A stretch of 64,000 nt of DNA, taken from positions 7,964 to 71,963 of the forward strand of contig CAIOTC010000003.1 in assembly GCA_903861205.1 (NCBI GenBank), read 5' to 3'. The DNA is from an uncultured bacterium. GTDB taxonomy: Bacteria > Patescibacteriota > Minisyncoccia > Phycocordibacterales > DATDWN01. This document shows, in pieces, positions 26,799-36,009 of the stretch. Positions within the stretch are counted from its first letter, which is position 1. Every line of letters starts with the position of its first letter. The position numbers and the translations under genes were made by a program. The notes under the pieces were generated by a model that made no database searches, was not told the DNA's origin, and saw nothing but the letters and a program-made list of their open reading frames with translations.

Positions 26799-27494
26799 TT
26801 ACCCAATGAGAGCTCCACGCAAACTCGCCGGATTCTTTCCGTCCCAGGAGATTTCGCCGGTCAAAACTTTTTCGGTGATGATCGGCTGCCATTTGTGTTC
26901 TGTCTCGAGGACGCGCGCGGCAAGCGTGTCGGCTGTGTCGTCGGGAAGAATTGGCACAGATTGTGAAAAGAAAAGCGGACCTTCGTCGTATTTTTCGGTG
27001 ACGAAATGCATTGAAACGGCCGAGTGAGTTATTTTTTCGCAAGAACTGTTCTTGCGAAAGTTGTGATATGCTTCCATGACCGCTTCGTGGACGTGGTGGC
27101 CATACATGCCGGCGCCGCCGAAACGGGGGAGCGGTCCAGGGTGAATGTTGATCGTTTTTTGAGGATCCAAACCGGTGACCAGTTTGAGCCAGCCCGAAAG
27201 GCAAACCAAATCCGCGTCGGCGACAATTTTTCTGTAATTTTCCGCCGTGCCGAATTCCGGTCCAGTTTCTCCATCAACGGGTTTGCGCGCGGGGAAGTAA
27301 ATAAATTTCACACCCAATCTGTCGGCGCGCTGTCTCACCCCGCCGTTTTCGTGATTGGAGACCACGGCCAAAATTTCGGCATTCAAAATTCCATTTCGTG
27401 AAGCATTCACCAAATTTTCAAACCCGCTACCTCCGCCGTCTTTTGTGCCGGAAGCGAAAATGATGATTTTCTTTTTTGTATCATTCGTAGTCAT
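26799..27494 (-). CDS. purN: Phosphoribosylglycinamide formyltransferase-like (PurN family)
   Basis: IIIFASGTKDGGGSGFENL and NIHPGPLPRFGGAGMYGHHVHEAV formyltransferase motifs; in-frame REP palindrome at 27035-27059. Confidence 0.65.
   Translation of the reverse strand: MTTNDTKKKIIIFASGTKDGGGSGFENLVNASRNGILNAEILAVVSNHENGGVRQRADRLGVKFIYFPARKPVDGETGPEFGTAENYRKIVADADLVCLSGWLKLVTGLDPQKTINIHPGPLPRFGGAGMYGHHVHEAVMEAYHNFRKNSSCEKITHSAVSMHFVTEKYDEGPLFFSQSVPILPDDTADTLAARVLETEHKWQPIITEKVLTGEISWDGKNPASLRGALIG
27035..27059. repeat. REP palindrome variant (tttcgcaagaactgttcttgcgaaa), in-frame inside the purN-like gene
   Basis: Perfect palindrome; encodes FRKNSSCEK. Confidence 0.55.
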
Positions 27495-27581
27495 TCGTAA
27501 TTAATTCGTTATTTCGTATATGTGGATAAGTATAGCAAACATTTTATTTTTTGTGGCGTATACTCTACTCAGAGGTGTCAT

Positions 27582-27761
27582 ATGGGAACCAGTGCTGGCG
27601 TCTTTGGTCCGGGTCCTGTAAACATCGGATTTGTGATGGGGCAGACAATAGGAGAGTGCAGAACTCATGGCGAAACGAATTTTGTTTTTTTGGAAGATGG
27701 CAGAAAAGTGTGCCGGCTTTGCGAAGAAAGAAAAGTCTTGTTCAAAGAAATCAGCGAGTAA
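27582..27761 (+). CDS. Small Cys-containing hypothetical protein
   Basis: Internal start of ORF 27522..27761; CRTHGE..CRLCEE. Confidence 0.3.
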   Translation: MGTSAGVFGPGPVNIGFVMGQTIGECRTHGETNFVFLEDGRKVCRLCEERKVLFKEISE

Positions 27762-27849
27762 GGAGAGCCAGGCTCTCCTTTGTTTTGCAAAAAAACAGAA
27801 GGCCATGAACCCTCTGTTTTTTTCATACTATTAATAATTCTTCAATTTT

Positions 27850-28671
27850 TTAAAATCCGAAAAGTTTGGAAAAGAAGCTGCCGATTTTGCCGAAAAATCC
27901 GGTATGCGGAGCGAGCGTCGTTCCGGAAGTGCTTCCTGCGGGAGTCGGTCCTTGGTCGAGAATGGTGGAAGCGACGACTGCGTTGCCGGTAACGGTGCCT
28001 TGAACAACCAAATTATCGCCAGTAGCCAAATCCGTCAAAGCTCCAGCGACGCTGCCTTTCTGAATTTTGGCGTTCGTGGCGTCAACGGTGTAGGTCACGT
28101 TGCTTTTGTTCGTGATCGTCACTGCCTCGCCGCTAACGGCGGTGACAGCGCCCGCAACCACCGGAAGTCCATTTCCCGGATTAAGGACGACTGGTGCTGT
28201 CTTTTGGCCAGTTCCAGTAACTGCCGGTCTAGGAGTCACTCCATCGCGGATGGCTGTGGCTGTTACATTCGTGCCGCTAACCGTGCCCTGAACGGAAATA
28301 GTGTCTCCGACGATAATGCTGGCGACTGTTCCGGCCGCGCCGCTTTTGGTTACTGTGGCGTTGGCGGCGTCAACTGTGTAGGTGACTGTCGTCTGAGTTG
28401 GTGTGGCTGTCGTACCAGTTGTGCTGGTCGGTCTTTGCCACTGCTTACTGGTAACAGTGATTGTGTTGCCGCTCACCGCTGAAACTGTTCCGACAACGCC
28501 TTGTCGCATCATTCCCATTTTGTAACCTTGCGCGAAACCTCTGACGGTTTCGGGAGTGACTTGACTGGCACTCGCTGCCTCTGCAAAAGCCGAAGTGGCC
28601 AGGGTCAAACCTGCGATTGTCATGACGACAGCTGGTAAAATTGTAAACTTGTTTTTGATCATTTTGTTCAT
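27850..28671 (-). CDS. Secreted protein with ~3 internal repeats (TVTYTVDA.NA...G...VQGTV.G)
   Basis: N-terminal signal peptide MNKMIKNKFTILPAVVMTIAGLTLATSAFA; repeat units visible in the sequence. Confidence 0.5.
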   Translation of the reverse strand: MNKMIKNKFTILPAVVMTIAGLTLATSAFAEAASASQVTPETVRGFAQGYKMGMMRQGVVGTVSAVSGNTITVTSKQWQRPTSTTGTTATPTQTTVTYTVDAANATVTKSGAAGTVASIIVGDTISVQGTVSGTNVTATAIRDGVTPRPAVTGTGQKTAPVVLNPGNGLPVVAGAVTAVSGEAVTITNKSNVTYTVDATNAKIQKGSVAGALTDLATGDNLVVQGTVTGNAVVASTILDQGPTPAGSTSGTTLAPHTGFFGKIGSFFSKLFGF

Positions 28672-28798
28672 GAAAATTATCTAGTAATTTTGCGGAATTT
28701 CCCCCGCAATATGAGTACGGCGCTTCATGTAAAAATGGTGCAGATTTCAGTGGACTTTTTCCCAAGTTTGTTATATATTTTGTGAGGAGGAATTTGCG

Positions 28799-29050
28799 AT
28801 GAAAATTCTGTACTTTTTTCATAGGAATTTAGAATTGATTTTAGGAAGCATTTTGTTTGTGTCCTTGTGTTGGGCAATACACGAGGACTTGGAATTGTCC
28901 TGGCATTATTCTGTTTTGGTCTGCACAATAGCATTTGGCGCCGCAGTGATTATTATAGTTAAAGTTTTCACCCCGTTTTTTAAATGGGTTGATCGGGGTA
29001 ATGCTAAAATTGAATCCTGGATTAAAAAGAAGCTTGGTGTTTTGCAGTAA
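28799..29050 (+). CDS. Small hypothetical membrane protein
   Basis: 83 aa, two hydrophobic segments. Confidence 0.3.
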   Translation: MKILYFFHRNLELILGSILFVSLCWAIHEDLELSWHYSVLVCTIAFGAAVIIIVKVFTPFFKWVDRGNAKIESWIKKKLGVLQ

Positions 29051-29125
29051 AACATCAAATCCCGTCTCGGCGGGATTTTATTTTGCTATAACACGTCAAT
29101 ATGGTAATCTTAGTGTGAAATAAAC

Positions 29126-29212
29126 GGAGGGTTGCGCCGAATGGTAAGGCAGCGGTTTGCTAAACCGTGGGGACTTTAAAATCCCCTGTGGGTTCGACTC
29201 CCACACCTTCCG
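29126..29212 (+). tRNA. tRNA-Ser (anticodon GCU), class II with long variable arm
   Basis: Acceptor GGAGGGT/ACCTTCC, anticodon loop TTGCTAA, variable stem GGGGA...TCCCC, T-arm GTGGGTTCGACTCCCAC. Confidence 0.8.
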
Positions 29213-29359
29213 CAACGACATTTCAAAATAGCGTTTTAATAGCTATTTTGAAACGGCGTCTGTTTTGAAGTAGGCGTGGGAGTCGAAGCCCGATTGAGAT
29301 ATTTTATGAGCGAAGCGAAATAAAATATCCAATTGGGGTACTGACCATGTAATGGTCGA

Positions 29360-29390
29360 ATCTCCCACACCTTCTGCAATTTAAAAAATG
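29360..29390 (+). other. Degenerate duplicate of the tRNA-Ser 3' end (ggtcgaatctcccacaccttctgca); att-like direct repeat
   Basis: Matches tRNA-Ser 29193-29214 ~175 bp upstream; a third weaker copy lies at ~29268-29285. Confidence 0.4.
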
Positions 29391-30023
29391 AAACTATTTG
29401 TTTGGGATTTTCATGGGACACTTGAAAAAGGATTTGAATCTGCTGTCTTAGAGTTTACAAACAGATCTCTTGAAAAGCATAACTATTCTGAAAGAGTAGA
29501 CAAAAATATTGTTTCGGAATTGTATGGTAAAAAATGGACAGAATTCTTTAAAAGAGTTCTTCCAGACAAATCTGATGAAGTCCACCTCGGATTGCAAAAT
29601 TACGCCATTTTAGATCAAAGAAAAAATCCGCATATTGTTGCTGGTTGCGTAGAGCCGAATGATTACGCTGAAATTATTTTGAAAGAAATTTCCCAAAAAC
29701 ACGACCAGATTTTAATATCTCACACTGATCAAGATGACATCGAGAATTTTGCCAGGTCGGCAAAACTTGACAGTTATTTTCCAAAAGGAAAATGTTTCGG
29801 AATAAATGCTCATCAATTTGATAAAACAAAAAAAGATATTCTTGATGAATATTTAGCTGGGAAAAATTTTGAAAAAATTATCTTTATTGGCGATTCTCAT
29901 CATGACATGATTCCAAATGAAAGAGGCATTTACTATTTGTATACTCACCCCGGAAAACAATTCAGAGAATCGATGTCAGATTACAAAATAAATGATCTCA
30001 GGGAAATTTTAAGAGAGATTTAA
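29388..30023 (+). CDS. HAD-superfamily hydrolase-like protein
   Basis: N-terminal FVWDFHGTL (motif I variant) and IIFIGDSHHDM (motif IV-like). Confidence 0.45.
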   Translation: MKLFVWDFHGTLEKGFESAVLEFTNRSLEKHNYSERVDKNIVSELYGKKWTEFFKRVLPDKSDEVHLGLQNYAILDQRKNPHIVAGCVEPNDYAEIILKEISQKHDQILISHTDQDDIENFARSAKLDSYFPKGKCFGINAHQFDKTKKDILDEYLAGKNFEKIIFIGDSHHDMIPNERGIYYLYTHPGKQFRESMSDYKINDLREILREI

Positions 30024-30676
30024 TGGGCAATCGTAAACGCGAAAATGTCGCGGGCGCCGGCGGAGAGGAGGGTGGTGCGGGCTTCGGTGAGGGTGGAACC
30101 GGTGGTGACGACGTCGTCGATGAGAATGACGTAGTAGCCGTCGACGCGCGGGTCGGCCGAGAAACAGCCGATCAGATTTTTCATGCGTTCCTCGCGCGAC
30201 AGACTACGGCTTTGGCGAGGAGTTTCAACCGGCTTTTGCAAATATTGCGGAGCGTAAATCAAAAAGTGCTCGCCGTCGAAAGGTAAAATCGATTTGGCGA
30301 TGTGTTCACTCTGATTGTAACCGCGTTCGATGCGGCGTTCGGTCGAAATCGGCACGGGAATCAAGAGAAACTTGGCGTTGCCGTCGAAAAGGGCGATGTC
30401 GCAGGCCAAGGCGACGATCTCCTCGTATAAAAGTTCACCGATCACCGGAAGCGCGCAGGTATTTTCTTTGTATTTCAGCTCCCAAATGATGGCGCGGACG
30501 GAATTATTTTTGTAATGAAAAAGCGGGTGAATCCAGCGGCAACCGTAAACGTCCGGACCTTTCGGCAAATCCAAAATATCTTCTTTGCTCAAATTTTTGA
30601 CGACTAAGGCATCCAACCTCTCCGGCGCGATGAGATCGAGAAGTTGGAACATCCAATTTTTTGCGGTTTCTAACAT
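30020..30676 (-). CDS. comFC: ComF-family phosphoribosyltransferase-domain protein
   Basis: YYVILIDDVVTTGSTL PRTase motif; start taken at internal MLETAKN. Confidence 0.6.
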   Translation of the reverse strand: MLETAKNWMFQLLDLIAPERLDALVVKNLSKEDILDLPKGPDVYGCRWIHPLFHYKNNSVRAIIWELKYKENTCALPVIGELLYEEIVALACDIALFDGNAKFLLIPVPISTERRIERGYNQSEHIAKSILPFDGEHFLIYAPQYLQKPVETPRQSRSLSREERMKNLIGCFSADPRVDGYYVILIDDVVTTGSTLTEARTTLLSAGARDIFAFTIAH

Positions 30677-30835
30677 GAAGATATTATACAATGAGTGAAT
30701 ATGGTATACTATATTAATAATTTTCAAGTAACAATTTCCAATTTTCAATAAATGAATCAATTTTTCAATTGGACAATTGGTTCATTGAGAAATTCATTGG
30801 AAATTGAAAATTGCTAATTGGAAATTTTTTCAAAA

Positions 30836-31945
30836 ATGCCCCAATTTCTCTCAGACATCATCGAAAAATTTTTCGGCAAAAATGGCGGCAGCGTTCTCGG
30901 CGTTGACATTGGTTCGTCGTCCATCAAAGTGGTTCAGTTGCGCCGTCAAAAGGGAAGAGCGATCCTCGAAACGTATGGCGAATTGGCGCTCGGACCATAC
31001 GCCGGCAGCAATGTTGGCCAATCCACCAATTTGCCGGTTGAAAAAGTGGTCGAGGCTTTAAGAGACATTCTGGCTGAAAAAGAAGTCAATCTGACCACCA
31101 GAAATTGCGGTGTGGCCATTCCTTTCGCCTCATCTCTCATGTCGGTCATCGAAATGCCGGCGGTTCCATTCAAGGAGCTTTCCCAAATGGTGCCGATTGA
31201 AGCCAGAAAATACGTGCCTGTAGCCATTTCGGAAGTTTCGCTGGACTGGTCGGTCATCCCGCAGGACAGAGACGAAAGAGACGACAAAAACGCTCCGGCC
31301 AAAACGGAAGTCTTGCTGGTGGCCATTCACAACAACACCATCGAAAAATATTCGGAAATTGTCACCAAAAGCGGCCTCAGTAGCACATTTTTCGAGATTG
31401 AAATTTTCAGCACCATGCGATCCATTTTGGATCAGGAAGTTGTGCCGGTCATGATCCTCGACATGGGCGCCACTTCGACCAAACTCTACATCATCGAACG
31501 CGGAATTTTGCGCTCGTCGCACACCATCAATCGCGGAGGTCAGAGCGTGACAATGTCGCTGTCCAAATCTCTCGGCATTTCCATGCAGGAGGCCGAGGTG
31601 ATGAAGCGCGAAAAAGGTTTGCCCGGCGAAGCGAGCGGAATTGGGCTGAAAGATGTCATTGTGGTGACGCTTGATTTCATTTTCTCCGAAGCCAATCAAG
31701 TCGTTTTGGCTTACCAGAAAAAATACAACAAAAATATCAGCAAGGTCTTTCTGGTCGGCGGGGGAAGCGCACTGAAAGGCCTCGAGGAAGTGGCCAAGAA
31801 AAGTTTCCAGACCGAAGTGGTTTGCGGAAATCCGTTTGGCAAGGTGGTGGCGCCGGCTTTTTTGGAGGATGTGCTGAAAACGACCGGACCGGAATTTGCC
31901 GTGGCAGTGGGAGTGGCGCTGCGCAAAATGCAAGAGTCGGAATAA
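30836..31945 (+). CDS. pilM: Type IV pilus assembly protein PilM (actin-like ATPase)
   Basis: LGVDIGSSSIKVVQL N-terminal motif; heads the pilMNO cluster. Confidence 0.8.
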   Translation: MPQFLSDIIEKFFGKNGGSVLGVDIGSSSIKVVQLRRQKGRAILETYGELALGPYAGSNVGQSTNLPVEKVVEALRDILAEKEVNLTTRNCGVAIPFASSLMSVIEMPAVPFKELSQMVPIEARKYVPVAISEVSLDWSVIPQDRDERDDKNAPAKTEVLLVAIHNNTIEKYSEIVTKSGLSSTFFEIEIFSTMRSILDQEVVPVMILDMGATSTKLYIIERGILRSSHTINRGGQSVTMSLSKSLGISMQEAEVMKREKGLPGEASGIGLKDVIVVTLDFIFSEANQVVLAYQKKYNKNISKVFLVGGGSALKGLEEVAKKSFQTEVVCGNPFGKVVAPAFLEDVLKTTGPEFAVAVGVALRKMQESE

Positions 31946-32177
31946 TTTCCAATTTTCAATTTCCAATGAATTTTTCAATTGGACAATTGGCTCATTGAGA
32001 AATTCATTGGAAATTGAAAATTGCTACTTGAAATTTTTTGTGTATAACTTGCATAGTTTTTTGTTTTAACTTGCTGTATAATTTACATGAGTAAAAATAA
32101 TTTAAAATTTAAAAATTTGTCATTCAAAATTCATTTTAAATTTTAAATTCTAAATTTTAAATTAAAAATTTTTTTCC

Positions 32178-32813
32178 ATGGAACCCCAATTTCAATCATC
32201 GTTCATTCCGAAAAAACCGGCCGTCTCCATACCCAGCGCTCCGGCCGCTCCGACACATTCATTCAATATTTTTTCCATTGCCGCCACGGTTATTCTCGTC
32301 GCTACTATTCTGGCGGCGGGCGGACTTTTCGCTTACAAGCAGATTTTAAACGGCCAAATCGACAAAGCCAACGCCGACATCGTGGCCGCGCGCGACGCTT
32401 TTCAGCCTGACACTATCAAAGAGCTGATCGATGTTTCCGGCCGGCTGATGTCCGCCCAAAAACTGCTCAATTCGCACATCGCTCTTTCCTACATGCTCGA
32501 CAACTTGCAGTCCATGACCTTCAAAAAAATTCGCTTCAACAATTTTAATTTTTCCAGCAAAGAAGGCGTTCCGACAATCTCCATGGATGTTGAAGGCCAG
32601 AGTTACAATGTCTTGGTCCAACAGTATGATATTTTTTCACAGGACACTTCGATCCAAAATCCATCCTTTTCTGATTTCACTGTTACGGACAACGGCAATG
32701 TCACCACGAAATTCATCGGAACGATTGATCCAAGTTTGATTTCGTACAAAAAATCGATTGAGCCGATCGAATCGACACAATCGATCGAATCGGCAACCAG
32801 CACAAATCAATAA
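32178..32813 (+). CDS. pilN: PilN-like pilus assembly protein (TM plus coiled coil)
   Basis: Single TM then LNGQIDKANADIVAARDAF; position after pilM. Confidence 0.55.
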   Translation: MEPQFQSSFIPKKPAVSIPSAPAAPTHSFNIFSIAATVILVATILAAGGLFAYKQILNGQIDKANADIVAARDAFQPDTIKELIDVSGRLMSAQKLLNSHIALSYMLDNLQSMTFKKIRFNNFNFSSKEGVPTISMDVEGQSYNVLVQQYDIFSQDTSIQNPSFSDFTVTDNGNVTTKFIGTIDPSLISYKKSIEPIESTQSIESATSTNQ

Positions 32814-32814
32814 A

Positions 32815-33366
32815 ATGAAAGCCTTCACACCAATCATCATCATAGCTCTCTGTGCCGGCGCATATTACGTTTACCTTTCTCCGGCTTACACGGAGATTCA
32901 GGCTTTGACGGCCAAAAGAGACCAGTACACCGGTGTTTTGGAGAAAGCCAAGGAAATTGGCGCAAAACGCGACGCGATTTTGACCTCGTACAATTCCATT
33001 GCTCCGGACGACCTTGATCGCCTGAAAAAAGCTATTCCCGAAAAATTCAATCCGGTTGTTTTTGCCAAATATGTCAGCGGTTCGGCTGCGAAATATGGCA
33101 TGGCGGTCAAAGACGTCAAGATCACATATTTGGACATCGATACCGGCCAGGAAGTGGCCACTTCGGCCGAGTCGAGCTACAAAACAATGTCCGTCGGTTT
33201 TTCGGTCAAAGGCACCTACGACCAGTTCACCAAGATGCTCAAAGACTTGGAGTCCGGATTGTATCTAGTTGATGTCACGTCACTAACGCTCTCCAGCGAC
33301 GCCAAGACTTCCGGAGCGTCAACATACAATTACACCGTTGAGGTTCACACGTATTCATTGTATTAA
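32815..33366 (+). CDS. pilO: PilO-like pilus assembly protein
   Basis: Internal start MKAFTPIIIIALCAGAYYVYL; TM plus coiled coil. Confidence 0.5.
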   Translation: MKAFTPIIIIALCAGAYYVYLSPAYTEIQALTAKRDQYTGVLEKAKEIGAKRDAILTSYNSIAPDDLDRLKKAIPEKFNPVVFAKYVSGSAAKYGMAVKDVKITYLDIDTGQEVATSAESSYKTMSVGFSVKGTYDQFTKMLKDLESGLYLVDVTSLTLSSDAKTSGASTYNYTVEVHTYSLY

Positions 33367-33377
33367 TTTTCATAAAA

Positions 33378-33692
33378 ATGCTTTCAAAACTCACACAAAC
33401 GCAAAAATTGATACTGGCTCTGGTTATTTTTGCCCTGACCGGCTATGTCATTTACAGTTCGTTTTTTTCAACGCCGAGCGCGCCAAGCGTTTCTCCCGAC
33501 GAGACCGGTGCGGCGGTTCAGGCGGAAGGGCAGGATGTTATTGACCTGGCCGCCAAGCTTGATTCAATCTCGATTGATCCGGGGATTTTTACCTCGACGC
33601 TTTTCAAAAGTCTGAAAGACTTTGACGTGCCGATATCGCCGGAATTGCAGGGCCGACCGAATCCGTTCGAGATAATCGGCATCGATAAGTAA
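33378..33692 (+). CDS. Small membrane protein in the PilP position (hypothetical)
   Basis: 104 aa with a single TM. Confidence 0.35.
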   Translation: MLSKLTQTQKLILALVIFALTGYVIYSSFFSTPSAPSVSPDETGAAVQAEGQDVIDLAAKLDSISIDPGIFTSTLFKSLKDFDVPISPELQGRPNPFEIIGIDK

Positions 33693-33754
33693 TTTTTAAT
33701 TTTAAATTTACAAATTCATTAAAAATTTTAAATTAAAAATTTTAAATTTTTTTC

Positions 33755-35488
33755 ATGGACATTCTCGAAGCTGTTGAACAAAAAGGCTTACTTACAAAAG
33801 CCAAAATAGCTGATGTCAAAAAAGAAGCTGATCGCCTCGGTATTACCATCGAGCAAGCGCTTCTCAAAAATGGCGTTTCTCCGCAGCAGATTTTGGAGTT
33901 GCAGGGAGAATATTTCGACGTGCCGACTCGCGCCGTGGTTGTCGAAGATGTTTCCGACAAAATTCTGGAATATATTCCGCAGGAATCGGCCGAGCATTAT
34001 CATTTTGTGCCGATAGGACTTTCTGACAATGTTCTGGAAGTCGGTATGACTGTGCCGGGAGATATTGATGCCCGCGACGCTCTCAATTTTATTTCTTCCA
34101 AACTCGGCATTCCTTTTAAAATTTTTCTTATTTCCGATGAAGATTTTTCCAGAGTCATTACTTTGTACAAAGGTCTGACCGGTGAAGTTTCCAAAGCGTT
34201 AACCGAGCTTGAAACTGAGTTAAAAATCGAAACGCCGGACAAAAAAGGCGAACACGACAGACCAGAGAGTGAAAAAGAAGAAACCGGAACCAATCAGAAC
34301 GAAATTTCCGAAGACGCGCCGGTGACCAAAATCGTGGCCACCATTTTGCGCTATGCCACCGACGGCAATGCTTCCGACATTCACATCGAGCCGTGGCGTG
34401 AAAACGTCAAGGTTCGTTTCCGCGTCGACGGTGTCATGAACACCTCGCTCGTTTTGCCGTTCAAGGTGCACTCGGCCGTGGTTTCGCGCATCAAGATTCT
34501 TTCCAATATGCGCCTGGACGAAAAGCGCAAACCGCAAGACGGTCGTTTTACGGCGCGCATCGAGGGACGCAAAATCGATTTTCGTGTTTCCACATTTCCG
34601 ACATATTTTGGCGAAAAAGTGGTGATGCGACTTCTCGACCAGGAAAAAGGCGTCAAAAAACTGGACGACCTTGGATTTTCGGAGAAAAATCTCGGTCTGA
34701 TCAAAAAAGCGCTGGACAAACCGTACGGCCTGATCCTGATGTCCGGTCCGACCGGTTCTGGAAAAACTTCGACTTTGTATTCGATGCTCAACGAAGTCGA
34801 TCGCGATCATCAGAACGTGCTCTCGCTCGAAGACCCGATCGAATACAATATCGAAGGCATGTCCCAATCGCAAGTTCGGCCGGAAATCGATTACACCTTT
34901 GCTTCCGGTTTGCGCACGACATTGCGCCAGGACCCGGATGTGATCATGGTTGGTGAGATTCGCGACAAGGAAACGGCTCAGCTGGCCATCCAGGCCGCTT
35001 TGACCGGTCACCTCGTTCTTTCGACCATTCACACCAACTCGGCTGTCGGCGTTATTCCGCGCCTGATCGACATGGGCGTTGATCCGTACCTAATTGCTCC
35101 GACCTTGATTTTGGCCATTGCCCAGCGACTTGTCCGCGCCCTTTGCCCGAATTCCGGCAAACCGATGCCACTTAGCGACAGTATCAAACTGATGATCGAT
35201 ACCCAGTTCAAAGACTTGCCGAAAAAATATCTTGACGAGCTTCCTTTGACGAACGAAATCTACGAACTTTCTCCCGGTCCGGATTGTCCAAATGGCACGC
35301 GCGGCCGTCTGGCCGTTTTGGAAGTGATGGAAATGGACAAAGATATCGAGGAAGTTATTTTGAAAAATCCGACGGAACTGGAAATTTCCAAAGTCGTCCG
35401 CGGCAAAGGCATGATGACCATGAAAGAGGACGCCATTTTGAAAGCGATGCACCGAGAAATTCCTTTTGAGGAAATCGCAACATTGTAG
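33755..35488 (+). CDS. pilB: Type IV pilus assembly ATPase PilB (GspE family)
   Basis: Walker A GPTGSGKTST, GspE N-domain, 577 aa. Confidence 0.9.
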   Translation: MDILEAVEQKGLLTKAKIADVKKEADRLGITIEQALLKNGVSPQQILELQGEYFDVPTRAVVVEDVSDKILEYIPQESAEHYHFVPIGLSDNVLEVGMTVPGDIDARDALNFISSKLGIPFKIFLISDEDFSRVITLYKGLTGEVSKALTELETELKIETPDKKGEHDRPESEKEETGTNQNEISEDAPVTKIVATILRYATDGNASDIHIEPWRENVKVRFRVDGVMNTSLVLPFKVHSAVVSRIKILSNMRLDEKRKPQDGRFTARIEGRKIDFRVSTFPTYFGEKVVMRLLDQEKGVKKLDDLGFSEKNLGLIKKALDKPYGLILMSGPTGSGKTSTLYSMLNEVDRDHQNVLSLEDPIEYNIEGMSQSQVRPEIDYTFASGLRTTLRQDPDVIMVGEIRDKETAQLAIQAALTGHLVLSTIHTNSAVGVIPRLIDMGVDPYLIAPTLILAIAQRLVRALCPNSGKPMPLSDSIKLMIDTQFKDLPKKYLDELPLTNEIYELSPGPDCPNGTRGRLAVLEVMEMDKDIEEVILKNPTELEISKVVRGKGMMTMKEDAILKAMHREIPFEEIATL

Positions 35489-35501
35489 TATAATAAAAAC
35501 A

Positions 35502-35906
35502 ATGACCGAAGAAAAAATTTTAGACAAAAAAATAACAATCATGCTTGTTGACGATGATCGTTTCCTTCTAGACATGTATTCGATCAAGTTCAAGTCCAGT
35601 GGTTTTGATATCGAGACTATTTCCGGAAGCGCCGATGCTTTGACCAAACTGCGCGCCGGAGCCAAACCGGATGTTATTCTGCTCGATATTATTATGCCGA
35701 ATATGGACGGTTTGGAACTTCTCAAGACTATCAGGGATGAAAAATTGGCCGAAACTTCGGTTGTTATCATGCTGACCAACCAACCGGACGAAATGGAAAA
35801 AGCTCAGGCTCTCGGTGCCGACGGTTACATCGTCAAGGCGGTTAATATTCCGTCGGAAGTGGTGAATAAGGTGATAGAAATATATAAAAGCAAAAAAGCA
35901 AAATAA
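35502..35906 (+). CDS. CheY-like response-regulator receiver domain protein
   Basis: IMLVDDD...DVILLDIIMPNMDG...GADGYIVKA. Confidence 0.8.
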   Translation: MTEEKILDKKITIMLVDDDRFLLDMYSIKFKSSGFDIETISGSADALTKLRAGAKPDVILLDIIMPNMDGLELLKTIRDEKLAETSVVIMLTNQPDEMEKAQALGADGYIVKAVNIPSEVVNKVIEIYKSKKAK

Positions 35907-36009
35907 ATTTTCAATTTAAAATTTAGAATTTTTAATGAATGTCTAAATTTAAAAATTTAATCATTGAAAATTCAATAAAAATTAAAAATTAAAAATTTTA
36001 AATTATATT

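Noticed and set aside
29213-29390. A second, intron-containing tRNA downstream of tRNA-Ser
   Set aside because: There is a tRNA-like 3' end (ggtcgaatctcccacaccttctgca), but no matching 5' acceptor strand or D-arm could be found. It is better explained as a duplicated att-like fragment.
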